DNA of 64,000 bases from Auanema rhodensis (Eukaryota > Animalia > Nematoda): assembly GCA_964057225.1 (NCBI GenBank), contig OZ059899.1:12400001-12464000 (forward strand), in the 5' to 3' direction. Every line of letters starts with the position of its first letter. The first letter of the stretch is position 1. This document shows, piece after piece, positions 35,669-51,510 of the stretch. Made by a program: the position numbers and the translations under genes. Below the pieces are notes generated by a model. That model had not been told where the DNA came from and searched no databases. It saw only the letters and a list, made by a program, of their open reading frames with translations.

Positions 35669-35705
35669 TGATGAGTGGGATTCGAACCCACGCCTCCGAA
35701 GAGAC
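35669..35705 (-). pseudogene. Truncated tRNA-Leu (3' half only) at the array edge
   Basis: Only variable arm, T arm and a 2-nt-deleted acceptor strand remain before unique sequence starts. Confidence 0.85.
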
Positions 35706-35989
35706 AGAAAAGAAAAAATTTTTCTCGATTTTTATGTGAATGACCTCCAACACTTCAAATGTTAATGTCAACAACGATGATTTAGGATCATGATAGATCA
35801 TTATCAATGAAATAAAATATAAAAACAGAACAACAACGTGATAGTATGGCAAAAGTAAGAAAGGAAAAATTAGAATATGGTGTCTACCTTTCGTACAAAT
35901 AACAAATAAGATATAAAGGAATGACAAATGTATACAGAAAGATATGGATGCTTAAAGGAGACAGTGTTATAGGTCTAAGTTAAAACAAC

Positions 35990-38900
35990 TCATGCGCGTC
36001 CAAGGGTTAAGGCTAAGATAGCCATTCGAACATACATACCGTTCTTAGCCTGACGGAAGTAAGCAGCTCGATCATCGTGATCTAAATCACTGCTGATCTC
36101 ATCTACACGAGGCAATGGATGCATGACAATTGGCCGGGATCTTTGAGATGGTCCCAGAATACTTTCAAATTCTTGTTCGCGAGCAGCTGCATTCAGGATT
36201 TTGGGGGTAATCACGTAACTTCCTCGGACATTTTCATATTCTTCCTAAAAACGGCTTCAATTAACTTTGAAATATACGATAAGATTCTTACAACAGTAGC
36301 AAATCGCTCTTTCTGAATTCTTGTAACGTATACAACATCCACATGATTAATACCTTCCGTAATGTCAAAGAACTCTTTCTGAAACGAATATTCTTTAGTA
36401 TATAGTATATAAATGAACAAAGTACTTGGACGAATCCTGCATGATTCCTAACATAATCCTTGATTTCGTCAGGCATTGCAAGATCCTTGTTGGGACTAAC
36501 GTAATGAATAGTGACATTCTGAAAAGGACCAAAATAACTAAATAACTTATTAGAATTTCAACTTTATAGACACAAAGAAGCTTGGCTAAAGAATGAACAG
36601 TACGGCCATTTCTCAAGTCTCCAACTAAAGCGATTGTAATTCCATGAACAGTTCCAATTTCTTGCCGAATGGTGTAGATATCAAGAAGTGCCTGAAAATC
36701 TTCACATACTACTCATATCATGATTCTAAAGAAACCTGAGTTGGATGTTCACCAGTTCCATCACCAGCATTAATCAAAGGTTGACGACAAATTGCAGAAG
36801 CTCTGCTTGCAGCACCTTTTTCCTTGTGGCGCAATACAACTACGTCGGAATAGTTACCCATTATGGTAACAGTGTCTTCCAAGGACTCTCCCTTTTGAAC
36901 AGAAGAAGAAACACTGTCAATGGAGATTACACTGCCTCCAAGTCTCTGCATAGCAGCGGCAAAGGAGCAAGAAGTTCTTGTCGAAACTTCGTAGAATAAG
37001 GAAGCCATAACGTATCCCTGAAGAATATGGGTGAGAGGGTGATGTTTCTCAACGTCAGCCTTATAACGGTCAGAGACTTCAAAGATACGATTAAGCTGAA
37101 ATTTAGCATCAATAAATGACAAATATAATTTTCGTGTATACCATTGGCTTCGTGAAATCAGATACAGATATGAAGTGCATTCCAGCCAAGGATGTCATTG
37201 AAACTTCAGGAGAAAGAGCACGAGGAGGAGTTCCCAAGGATGAATCAACACTGGTTACACTAGCAGTCATTTCATTACCTTCACGAATTTCAGCCATTAC
37301 TTCGACATCTGCAGCAATACATTATAACCCATAGTTATAAATTAAACGTACCTTCAACATCGGCCTGAGCATACTTCTGAGCTTCAGCGGAAATACGAAC
37401 GTTAATTCCAAATCCAGGCTTAGCCACGACTTCGCCATCGATTAAAGCATCCTCCCCACGAATGACGACATTAACAACCTTTCCTCTAACAGTTCTTCCC
37501 TCGAAAGGTGTCCAGCCAGCCTTGCTTTGACCACCATGTTTAGGAATAGTCCACTCAAGATTCATATCAACTTCAATGAAGGTGTCTGGTTGTTCGGCGA
37601 GCTTGAAGATTTTCTTAGGGTTGTAATGAAGACGGTCAAGAAGTTGCCTAGAGACAGTAATTTAGTTTTTTCCACTGTTCTGAACATACTTCATGGTCAG
37701 CTTTCCTTGCGAGACCGCGGTAAGAAGTAATGGAAGCATATATTCAACTCCAGGGAATCCAGGTGGTACCTTATCAGAAGTCTTTTCAGCCCAGGTGTGA
37801 GGAGCTTCAAAGAAAATAATAACAAAATTACAAAATCTATCAGTATACCATGATCGGTTGCAAAGCAATCAATAACATCTAAATTATCCCACAAAGCTTT
37901 TCTATCGCTATCAGCAGCCAAACGTGGACGAACTTCTCTAATTCCATCTGGTAACTCATCGACAGTTAACAACAGATGATGAGGAGCAACTTCACAAGTC
38001 ACAGGGCAACCCTAAAAGTAGAACAGTAACAGCATTCACTTAGACATTTTGTACCTTTTCCTTGGCCAACTTAATAATATTGATTTCTTCGGCTGTAGCA
38101 ACATGGCAAATATGAACTTAAATCATGAAAATTAATGAAAATACTCCATGATATTTGTGAATAATAGAATGCAACCGTTTTGAATCGTTGGTAAAAATGT
38201 CTATGACTTACCTGCTCTATTTGTCATTTGAGCAGCCCATAATACAGAAGCCAACGTTTGTTTCTCAGCGTGGCAAACAATAGGACGGTTAGCAGGAAAA
38301 GCTTCGAAATGCTGAGATCATAACATAAGAACATCAAAACAGTTCAAAAACAACCTTGATCCAATCATGAACAGAATCCATCTTTAGAGTACTGAATGTT
38401 TCATTCAAATACATTTTCAAACCAGCAGCTTTGTTAGCTATATCAGCAGCACTACGGCTGTTATTGGGAGTACCACCAATATATAAAGCATAATCCACAA
38501 CGGCAGACTCTGATGCTAACTGAAAAACAATGGTTTAAAGATATAGCACAGTTCGCCAACCTTATCAGTCAAAAGATATGCATCATTATCAACTAAAGGA
38601 GGATTTGTGTTTGGCATAGCCAAGATTTGAGTAACTCCTCCGCATAGAGCAGCACGAGTACAAGTGTTCCAGTCTTCCTGAATTCGATAGATCTTCAACA
38701 AATGTTTTTTCATACACACCTTGTGAGTGGCTCCAGGATCACGAACATGAACGTGGACATCAATAAGTCCAGGAAGACGCTTAAGAGAACGGCCAGCAAT
38801 GCAATCTACTTGAGTATTGAGTGCTGGACGACGTCCAACCATTTGTAAAGCCTAAAATTTAAATTACATAAGTTCCATCTTTCCAGTATATACCTGGATA

Positions 38901-41900
38901 AACATCTTAGCGCACTTGATATCAGTGATGAGAGGAATACCGTTATCAACGGCCATTCTTCTGGTCTTGTATCCATGAGTTCTGAAATTAATTTAAAACT
39001 TAAGCGATAGGTATTTGGATCTACCTGAACGCAGAAACTCTGTATGCTCCAGATCCCTTGATTGGAAGATTAATTACAAGATGGAACTCCTTAGACTCGA
39101 AGAACTCAGTAACAGATCTACAAATGCATTGCATAACTTGAACTAAACACGTTCATAATTATACCTTAATCCAGCACTAGTCTTCTCATCGCTTGATCCT
39201 TCTTCGAAAGGCCAATCGACTGCTTTAACATTTACACCGCAAGACTTGCAATAGTCAGCAGTACCCTTAGATCCATAAAGCTCAAATCCAAGTTCTTCTA
39301 ATACATGAATGCTGCTCAGCATTTCGGTCTTTGCCTATAAACAAGAAAATTGAATACATGTAAAAATATCCTAAAATTACATGATATCCTCCGATAGAGA
39401 TGAAGATAGTTTTCTTTGGTACCACAAATCCAGTAGATAAGAGAGCCTTTAAATACGCTTCTTGTCTGTTGGTTCCGAAGCAAGCAACCTAAAAATTAAT
39501 GAACTTTTTGATAAAATAAATGAACCAGCTACTTCTCCAGTAGAAGCCATTTCAACTCCAAGCATAACATCAGCTCCAGCTAAACGTGAGAAAGAGAACT
39601 GTGGTACTTTAACTCCAACACGTCCTTTTCCTCTAAGAACAGGATGAGACTTGATGCTGTTTTTCAATAACGGATTATCGGCAGACATCATAGCTCTAGT
39701 GGCTAAGGCAACGAAATCAAAATCTAATGTCTTGGATACGAATGGGAATGAACGTGAAACACGAAGATTGCATTCGATTACTTTCAATTCGTTATCCTAA
39801 AAAATCCTTGGGTTTAAATTTTTAAATTTTTAAATACTTTAGCAATGAGCTGCATATTGAAAGGGCCATTCACGCTGAAAGCTTCAGCAATGCGGTGGGT
39901 GATATCCTTGATTCCTTGAAGGGTAACCTTAACAAATTTCATTATAAACAAAAATATTTAAGTCTCCAACCTGGTTCATATCTTGAGGAGGTGTAACCAA
40001 AGTAGCATCTCCAGAGTGAATTCCAGCATTCTCAACGTGCTCACTGACTGCCATCACAAGAACCTTTCCGTCCATGGCAACGACATCTACGTCAATTTCT
40101 TTGGCTTCACTGATAAACTTCGAAACGACGACAGGATGTTCTTTTGCAACAACGGCAGCTTGCTTCAAAAAAGTAGCAAGATCTTCTTCATTGTGAGCAA
40201 CGTTCATAGCCGCACCAGAAAGAACGTAAGACGGACGAATTAAGCAAGGATATCCAACAGTTTGACAGAAAATCTGCAAAGAGTTTATATTAAAACAATT
40301 TTCGAAAAATGTAAACCTTGGAATCTTCAACATTCTCAGTGTTCTTCCATTGGGGTTGACTGATACGAAGTCCTTCCAAAATTCTAGAAAACTTGAAACG
40401 ATCTTCAGCATTGTCAATGTCATCAGGAGACGTTCCGAAAATATTGACCTGAATTATAACTTATCTTTTTAGATAACTATATATTCATCTTACCTGAGCT
40501 CTACTGAGTCCCATGGCAATATTATTTGGAGCTTGTCCACCAAAGGCAAGAATAACTCCTTTAGGCTTTTCTTGAGAATAGACATCAATTACAGTTTCGA
40601 AAGATATTTCTTCAAAGTATAGACGATCACACATATCATAATCGGTAGACACCTAAACCAAAAATGCGATAAATGTACTTATTACAACTCTTACAGTTTC
40701 AGGATTGCAGTTGATAGTGATAGTAGAATATCCTAAAGCTTTGAGCTCTCTCAAACATCCTACACATGATGAATCAAACTCAACAGAAGAACCAATGCGA
40801 TATACACCAGATCCAAGTACAATAACACCGTTTTTCTGAAAATATACAGGTTGAAGCATCAAGGATGAGATGACAAACCAAATTGAAGGAAACATCGTTT
40901 TCTTCGCCATTGTAAGTGTGGTATAGATAATTGGTTTGAGCAGGCCATTCTCCAGCAACTGTATCGATTTGTTTAACACAAGGAGTAACCTTTTCACGAA
41001 GTCTAACATCACGAACCAACCACTCAGTGCTAAACAAAACATTAGGTTAGTATTCATGCATTTGCATAACACCTGTTGGTTCTGACCGCAATCTGTTTAT
41101 CTGAAAATCCAGATTGCTTAGCTTCAAGAAGAAGAGATTTGGGAAGTGTATGAATCTAAAATATCGAAAGAAATAGAAAAAAATAGCAATACTGATTTAT
41201 ACAGTTTCTTTCTCCAAACGATGATGAATATCAATGATATTTCGCATACGGTACAAGAACCAACGATCAATGGCAGTAAGCTCATAAAGCTTCTCGACAT
41301 CAAAGTCACCATAATACAATCCCCGGGCAAGAGCAAACATGCGACGATCAGTTGGATTCTCCAAATCCTGAAATTCAATTTAGTGAATTAATGATAGTTA
41401 ATACAACTTACATCAGCAACTGGGCGACGATGGAAAGTATTTGGAGAGAACCCGTCGGCTCTATCGCTCACCATGCGAAGTGCTTTTTGGAAAGCTTCTT
41501 CGAATGATCGTCCGATACCCATAACTTCTCCAACAGATTTCATAGAGCTACCAATCTTAAAAAAGAAATATGAGACACTTAAACTTGTGAAATTTTTTAC
41601 CTTAGTGCTGACACGAGCAAACTTTCCAAGATCCCATCTAGGAATTTTGACAACACAATAATCCAAACTAGGTTCGAAGCAAGCAGTAGTCACACCTAAA
41701 CTACATATATATGGCAGTTTTATTAGAGAATCCACAACCTGTAACACTATTTCTGATTACTGGAAGTCTTTGTCCAAGAGCGAGCTTGGCAGCAACATAG
41801 GCAAGAGGATACCCTGTAGCTTTAGAAGCTAAAGCTGAAGAACGAGATAGACGGGCATTTACTTCAATAATGTAGAACTGTAAATTTTCTATATAGAGCC

Positions 41901-44474
41901 TATTTCCTGTATAGTAAAACCTCAAGTTTGTTGGGATTCAAAGCATATTGAATATTACATTCTCCAATAATGCCAAGGTGACGAATAACTTTAACGGCGC
42001 ATGTACGAAGAGCATTATATTCTTTATCAGAGAGGGTTTGAGAAGGAGCAACAACAACAGATTCTCCAGTATGAATTCCAAGAGGATCAACATTTTCCAT
42101 ATTACAAACGGTAATGCAGTTGTCAAAAGCATCTCTTACAACTTCATATTCAACCTAAAGATTGTATGTGCTATTGCAATAATCAAGACCACAAACCTCT
42201 TTCCATCCCTTCAAACTCTTGTCGATTAAAACTTGATCGGAATGAGCCAATGCTTGTTGAGCAATGCTAACCAACTCAGCACGATCGTTGGCAAATCCAG
42301 ACCCAAGACCTCCCAGAGCAAATGCAGCCCTGACCAATACAGGGTATCCAATTTGTTCAGCTGCTTCGATAGATTGCTCTAGAGTTACAGCAGCTTTACT
42401 TGGAGCAACCTAAAAGTAGTTGTTCCATGTCGATTAAATATCGTGTATCTTACTTTCTCTCCAATACTATTGATTTCGAAATTGAATTTCTCACGATCTT
42501 CAGTATTCATGATAGTTTGAATTGAAGTTCCAAGAACTTGAACATTGTATTCTTCGAAAACACCATCTTTGTAAAGATCGATAGCACAATTCAAAGCTGT
42601 TTGTCCTCCGAATGTGCATAAAATACCGGTTGGCTTCTCCTTTTTAATGACCTAAGCGAAAAAAGCTAATTGATACCATCTTCTAAAAATACCTACATCA
42701 ATAACATACTCCTTAGTGATAGGAAGGAAATAAGTATAATCAGCAAAGCCCTTGGATGTTTGCACAGTGGCAACATTAGGATTGATAAGAATAGTGCGAA
42801 TGCCTTCCTCTTTAAGAGCTTTCAAAGCCTTAATTAGATCCCTCTATAAAATTAAAAAAGGTTTATTGCCAACCTGGGCTCCAGAGTAATCAAATTCTCC
42901 AGCTTGCCCAATGGTTAAACCACCAGAACCAAGAATAAGAATTTTCTTTTGTTCCGTAACGGTATAGGTTGTTTCAAATGTAAGATGCTCCGTAATCATA
43001 GAATCAATACTAAAACGTAATAATTAGCTAAAGCTAAAATTTTGTCCTATTGCCCACTTTATTTTATCGCCTGAAGCAACTTTGCGAACGGCATCAATGA
43101 ATATATCGAAAAGGAACTCAACATCGGTAGGACCAGCTGTGTGTTCAGGGTGGAATTGAACACTAAATTAGTAAGGAAAACTGGTTTTCAAATTGTAATA
43201 GTTACCTGAAGAAAGGCTTGGTCTTATGAACGATTCCTTCGTTTGTTTTGTCATTTTCGTTAGTAAACAGTGGTCTCCAATCGTTAGGTAAAGTAGCAGG
43301 ATCGACAGCAAATCCATGATTCTGAGATGTAATGAAGCATCTTCCTGTACCTTCGTGAGTACAAGGCTGGTTATGACCACGGTTTCCATATCTAAAGAGT
43401 ATAAGCTCCTCGATATTACAATTCAATAGCTACTGCTTACTTTAACTTGAAGGTATTAGCTCCAGCTGATCTAGCAAGCAACTGATGTCCTAGGCAAATA
43501 CCGAACACAGGTTTAGTAGTTTTGTTTATAACATTTGTGATTCTTTCAACAAGAGGAGCACATACTTCTGGATCACCAGGTCCGTTGGAAAGGAAAAGAC
43601 CATCATAATCTAAAACGTTTTTTTCATAAAAATCAGGGTTGATTTTCACGAACTGGTCTCAGTGTCAATTGGATGATCCCATGGAACCACTTTAACAGTA
43701 ACCCCTCGTTTAGCCAAGCAACGAATTTGGTTGTTTTTTAAACCACAGTCAACAGCTAGAACAGTAAGATTTCCTTGTCCAAAAAGTCCGGGAACCTAAA
43801 CTGCAGTTCATCTAGGAAAACAACATTGTACAACTACCGAACGAGACACATAGGCGACAAGATTTTCTTCGTTAATATCACGGAAACGATACTTCAATGG
43901 ATCGTCACTTTCAATAATAAGCTGAAAGCAAACGTTATCTGTTATGACTACCACAATAACTTGCCTTGGCTTTCATAGTTCCCTGTTCACGAATTTTCTT
44001 TGTAAGCATACGAATATCAATTCCAGATATTCCCGGAATACCAGAGCGGCGAAGCCACTCGTTAAGAGATTCTACAGCCTCCCAATGGCTGTGTTCCCCT
44101 TCAGGGCATAGTCTAAGATATTACGATTTATTTGGATCTCTCATTTAGTTTTCAAACCTATCAACAACCAAAGCAGCAGGCCAAATTTTATCTGATTCAA
44201 AACCAGCAGGTAATCCGAAGGAATCAACAATATCATGGTTAGGAACACCATAATTTCCAATTAAAGGATATGTCAAAGTTAAAAGTTGATTTGCATAACT
44301 GGGATCAGTCAATGATTCTACGTATCCGACCATACCCGTTTGGAATACTAGAACTCATTTATCAAATACATTTTCGAATTTACACAAACCGATTTCTCCA
44401 ACAATGCTTTTAGGAGCACCAAACAGTTGTCCAGAGAAAACAGATCCATCGTCGAGATACAAGGTAGCCTTCAT
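35990..44474 (-). CDS. pyr-1: CAD multifunctional protein (GATase/CPSase-DHOase-ATCase), many short introns
   Basis: [15 protein letters not shown] start; GATase LSNGPGDP and GICLGHQ; CPSase [36 protein letters not shown]; DHOase [22 protein letters not shown]; ATCase [31 protein letters not shown]; stop at 35990. An in-frame ATG at 44489 is an alternative start. Confidence 0.97.
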
Positions 44475-46181
44475 GGTCTCCCAGTGCATTGAGTGAACTA
44501 AAGTTTTTAATTTGTATGAAAGTTAAAATTTGGTCAAAAATGATGACCAGACACGAAATAAAACAATCGTCTGATGGGATTGATAGCAGAAATTTAATGA
44601 CCGGCGAAATAGCCATTGGCCACTCTGATAAGCTAAGGGAGACTCGGAAAAGTAGAGTTCAGAGAGTTAGAAAGATAAGAAATGGACGCTGCTAAAGCTG
44701 AAGAAAGGAAACCCCACGCGTGCTTAAGGAATAACAAACGTTTCAATTCACAAAGTTTTCGTAATATAACAGTGTGAAACTCAACGGGCTATGCAAAAGC
44801 CTATTTCACATTTGTTCGCGTAAGTGCAAGAGAGACAGAAACAGAGAAAACAGAAAAGGAAAACACCACAGCTCACTAACAGCTGAGTAATAGAAGGCTA
44901 AATGAAGGAACCATTTTGTTTACCAGAAGGAGAGGGCCATAAAATCAATATAAAAAGCAAGTAAAAAACTGAAGAAAAAAAAGAGTTGTTTCCTCTTTCA
45001 TTTGTTTAAAGAAAACTAGACAAATTAAAAGTATATCACCAATGCCCTAAGTACACAAATGAAGATTTGTCCATGATACAGAAAATAATCCAAAATGGAA
45101 AAAAGAAAAAAGAGAAAAGAGGCGGTGAGACGAAGCTGATACAATTTTCAGGATACATCAACCAGAAGAGAAGGGATATTTCTTGAAAATAGTTGCAGAA
45201 ATTCCTAAAACAATGCGAAACAAATCCATCGAGATAAGCAAAAAAGATTTCTTCCTATCAGCCTTTTGTTAAAGGGGATGATATCACTAGATAGAGCGAA
45301 GATACAAAAGATATCATGATCATCCTCACAGCACAAATCGGAACAACCGCTCTACAGGTGCAGTGCAGTCAAAATGAATTTTATTCCAAAAGTTTGAGGC
45401 TAAACAATATAAAACCGCATATTAGTAGCATATGAATTCATCCTATCAGTGTACTAAGACAGATTAAGATGGTGAGAAGGGGTCTCGAACAAAAATGAAA
45501 ACAAAAAGAACGATATGATACAAACTGGATAGATACAATGATGAGACACGTGAGCTAAAGTACAATTCTGCCAACTAAATGATTCTTCTATTTCATTCAT
45601 CATTTTCAATAGACATTTGTCCAGCAAACGAAGTAAAAAACTGAGAATAACAAAAAATAATTTAATTTATGTTGCAGACACTTTTTTTAAAAATATGTCT
45701 TTTTGACAATATTTTGTTAATTGATAACAAAAATAAATGTCCATCGGGATTAGCGGACATTCTTATCTCCAAAGTGACCAAATAGGTAACGACATTATGA
45801 AATAAACTCCAAAATGTGATAATTTGAAAAGAACGATAAAGAAGCAGATACAATTTTTCCAAGAAAAATGAATGAAATGCTGATCTTAGAAATAGACTGA
45901 CGAATACTTTCGAACCGGGATACGTATGAAAGAAAATCATAAACGACAACATTGCTTCAAGGTTAACACTAGGAACAAAGTAAATCTTTATCAAGTACTC
46001 TTGCCCCTTGCGAACAGATTCGCGTACTTTTAATCAACAATACAACCCTTGAACATCCTCATTCTTTTCCGAAGAAAAACCGTAACCACACAGGGAACTC
46101 CACCCAAACCATTCAAACAAAAATAAAATAAGAGAGTAACAATTTTATCATAAAGATAAATCAACAACAACTGCTCAGAAA

Positions 46182-46561
46182 TTAGTCGAAAAGTCCGAAT
46201 CCCATGTCGTCGTCGGATTCCTCCTTAGGCTCCTCCTTCTTCTTGGTTTCGGCGGCTGGGGCAGCTCCTCCGGCAGCAGCAGCAGCTGGAGCAGCAGAGG
46301 CGGCTGGGGCAGATCCAGCTCCGGATGAGACAGAGGTGATGAGGTTCTGAAAACGATAGTTTTAATGTCAGTTAAAAGATAGTAGCTCACCTTTACATCA
46401 ACTCCTTCAAGAGCCTTGGAGAAAAGTCCTGGCCAGAAAGGCTCGAACTCAACCTTGGCAGCCTCGAGGATAGTGGCGATCTTTTCACCAGTGATTTGGA
46501 GGTTGTCATCCTGAAGAATGAGAGCAGCGTATACGCAAGCCAGTTCCTGGGTAGAAGCCAT
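46182..46561 (-). CDS. rla-1: 60S acidic ribosomal protein P1 (exons 46391-46561, 46182-46346)
   Basis: [19 protein letters not shown]...[15 protein letters not shown]; Ala-rich hinge; C-terminal [13 protein letters not shown]; 44-nt GT-AG intron. Confidence 0.96.
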
Positions 46562-46739
46562 GTCCAAGTGCAAGTTGCAGGTGCCTTAGCTCAAACGAGA
46601 ACAAGCGCTTAAAGGCTTAAATATTAACAGTGAGATACAAACACAATTATCAAAAGGAATGTAAGGGATATAAACCCTTTAGAATTAGAAATCAACGACC
46701 GAAAACATTTGTATTGTTTATAAAATCAACAACGATGGC

Positions 46740-47975
<1,236 letters not shown>

Positions 47976-49079
47976 ATGGCTGCTCAAGCTGCTCAAAAGT
48001 TGCTTGGAAGACTCGGATCTCTTGGCGTTGGATTGGCCATCGCCGGTGGAGTAGCCCAATCAGCCTTGTTCAATGGTATAAACTTTGATTCTTTCATAAA
48101 AAATTTCAATTTTTTTTAGTTGATGGTGGACAGCGCGCTGTTCTCTTCGACAGATTTGGCGGAGTTAAAGATTACGTTATTGATGAAGGAACTCACTTCT
48201 TGATTCCATGGGTACAAAAGCCAATTATTTTCGACATTCGTTCCACCCCAAGACAGATCTCCACTATTACCGGAAGCAAAGGTTTTATAGCTTTAGTATT
48301 TATCAAATAATTTACTGAAATATAGATTTACAAAATATTGCCATTACTCTCCGTATTTTGCATAGACCAGATCCCAGCAAATTGCCAAACATTTATTTGA
48401 ACATTGGTACTGACTATGCTGAAAGAGTTTTACCATCTATTACAAATGAAGTTTTGAAAGCTGTTGTTGTATGTTTTAATAATTTTATAGTGTTTAATAT
48501 TTTACCTGTTTCAGGCTCAATTTGATGCTCATGAGATGATCACTCAACGTGAACTTGTATCCGATCAAGTTTCAGTAGCTCTCGCTCAACGTGCTGCTCA
48601 ATTCGGACTTCTTCTCGATGATATCTCTATCGTAAGTTTCAAATGTATATATGTATATAAATTGTTAAGATTTTTTATAGACTCATCTTGGATTCGGAAG
48701 AGAATTCACCGAGGCTGTTGAAATGAAGCAAGTTGCTCAACAAGAAGCTGAGAAAGCCCGTTATCTTGTAGAAAAGGCTGAACAGATGAAGGTTTTTATT
48801 AGCGAAAGATAATTTTAAGAATTGTTGTTTTCAGATCGCTGCTATTACTACCGCTGAAGGAGATGCTCAAGCTGCTAAGCTTTTGGCTAAGGTTACTAAT
48901 CGGTGAAGAACTTTATAAATTAAGTTTTTCAGGCTTTTGCTGACGCCGGAGACGGTCTTGTTGAACTGAGAAAAATCGAAGCTGCTGAGGAGATTGCAGC
49001 TAGAATGAGTAAAACTAAGAATGTTACATATCTTCCAAGTAATCAAGGAACTCTGTTGAATTTACCATCAACTGTTTAA
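47976..49079 (+). CDS. phb-1: Prohibitin 1 (multi-exon)
   Basis: [33 protein letters not shown]|[53 protein letters not shown]|[33 protein letters not shown]. Confidence 0.96.
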
Positions 49080-49305
49080 AGTTTTGGTCTCTTTTTTTTT
49101 TGTTTTTTTTTCTGTTCGCTATTGAAATCCATATTAGCTCTAGATTTTGTTAGTTGTTTTCTAGGAAAATTGTTGCATATTGTTTAGTTTGTTTATAAAT
49201 TCGTAATATTATTATCTTTTATTTACTTGAACTATTGGTTTTTCACCGAACGTCTTTGGTAACTCTGAAAGAAAGTTCAATATGTAATTAGGTTTATTTG
49301 TAGCC

Positions 49306-50750
<1,445 letters not shown>

Positions 50751-51455
50751 TTTTTTTTTTGTTGAGACTTTCCTGTTCAAATTGGTTTTCTTTCTGACTC
50801 TTTATTTTATTTTATTTTTCTCTCTATTTATAGTTTCTTGTTGTTCGGTGGTTGAACGTTGTAGTGGTCTTCTGTGTTTTACAGTGAAGAGTTGTTGTAC
50901 TTGGTTTTTGCTTTCAATGAATTTTATTGGAACTAAAATTGTTTAGACATAATACTTTATGAAGACATGTTTTTGGTATCTTTCACTATTCAAGAATGTT
51001 TCGTTGTTCAGCTCGAAGATTTTGCATCCTGCTGTGTCTCCGAAAGGTTCCCTATCGCGAATCTGATCGTTCGCTTAACCCATAAATATGACACTGTTTT
51101 TAGAATATCGCTTTATTCGTTACAATAAAAGAGTATCGGAATTTTCAAACATAGTTAGGTTTCATATTATAATCAATAGAAACTTTAAATTCTTATTTTA
51201 TAATTTTTATTCCTTCTAAATGATGAAATCAAGATAGAATCTGTTTTGCAACCTATATTGCTTGAAAAATTAATTTAAAAAGCCAATCCTGGTGCTCAAA
51301 TGATCAATTTTACAAGCAAATAATTGATAAAGCGATGATTCAAATGATAAGAATGGGAATCGACTTATAAGCATCATCTTTCTAATTTTCATTCAGTCCA
51401 ACCTTCTTTCTTGTTTCAGGTCATGAGAGAGAGTCCTAGAGAGATAAATTGAAAG

Positions 51456-51459
<4 letters not shown>

Positions 51460-51491
<32 letters not shown>

Positions 51492-51510
51492 AGAAAGAGA
51501 AAGAGAGGAG
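51460..51510. repeat. (GA)n-rich microsatellite
   Basis: GA dinucleotide run with a degenerate tail. Confidence 0.85.

Larger units (their letters stand above)
3085..35705. repeat. Tandem array of 167-bp units (82-bp tRNA-Leu(AAG) gene + 85-bp spacer), about 175 full copies
   Basis: tRNA starts recur at exact 167-bp steps (e.g. 5334 to 22368 = 102 x 167); spacers nearly identical with a small set of recurring variants. Confidence 0.98.

Noticed and set aside
3085-35705. CRISPR array
   Set aside because: Spacers are near-identical rather than unique, the repeat is a tRNA gene, there are no cas genes and the context is eukaryotic.
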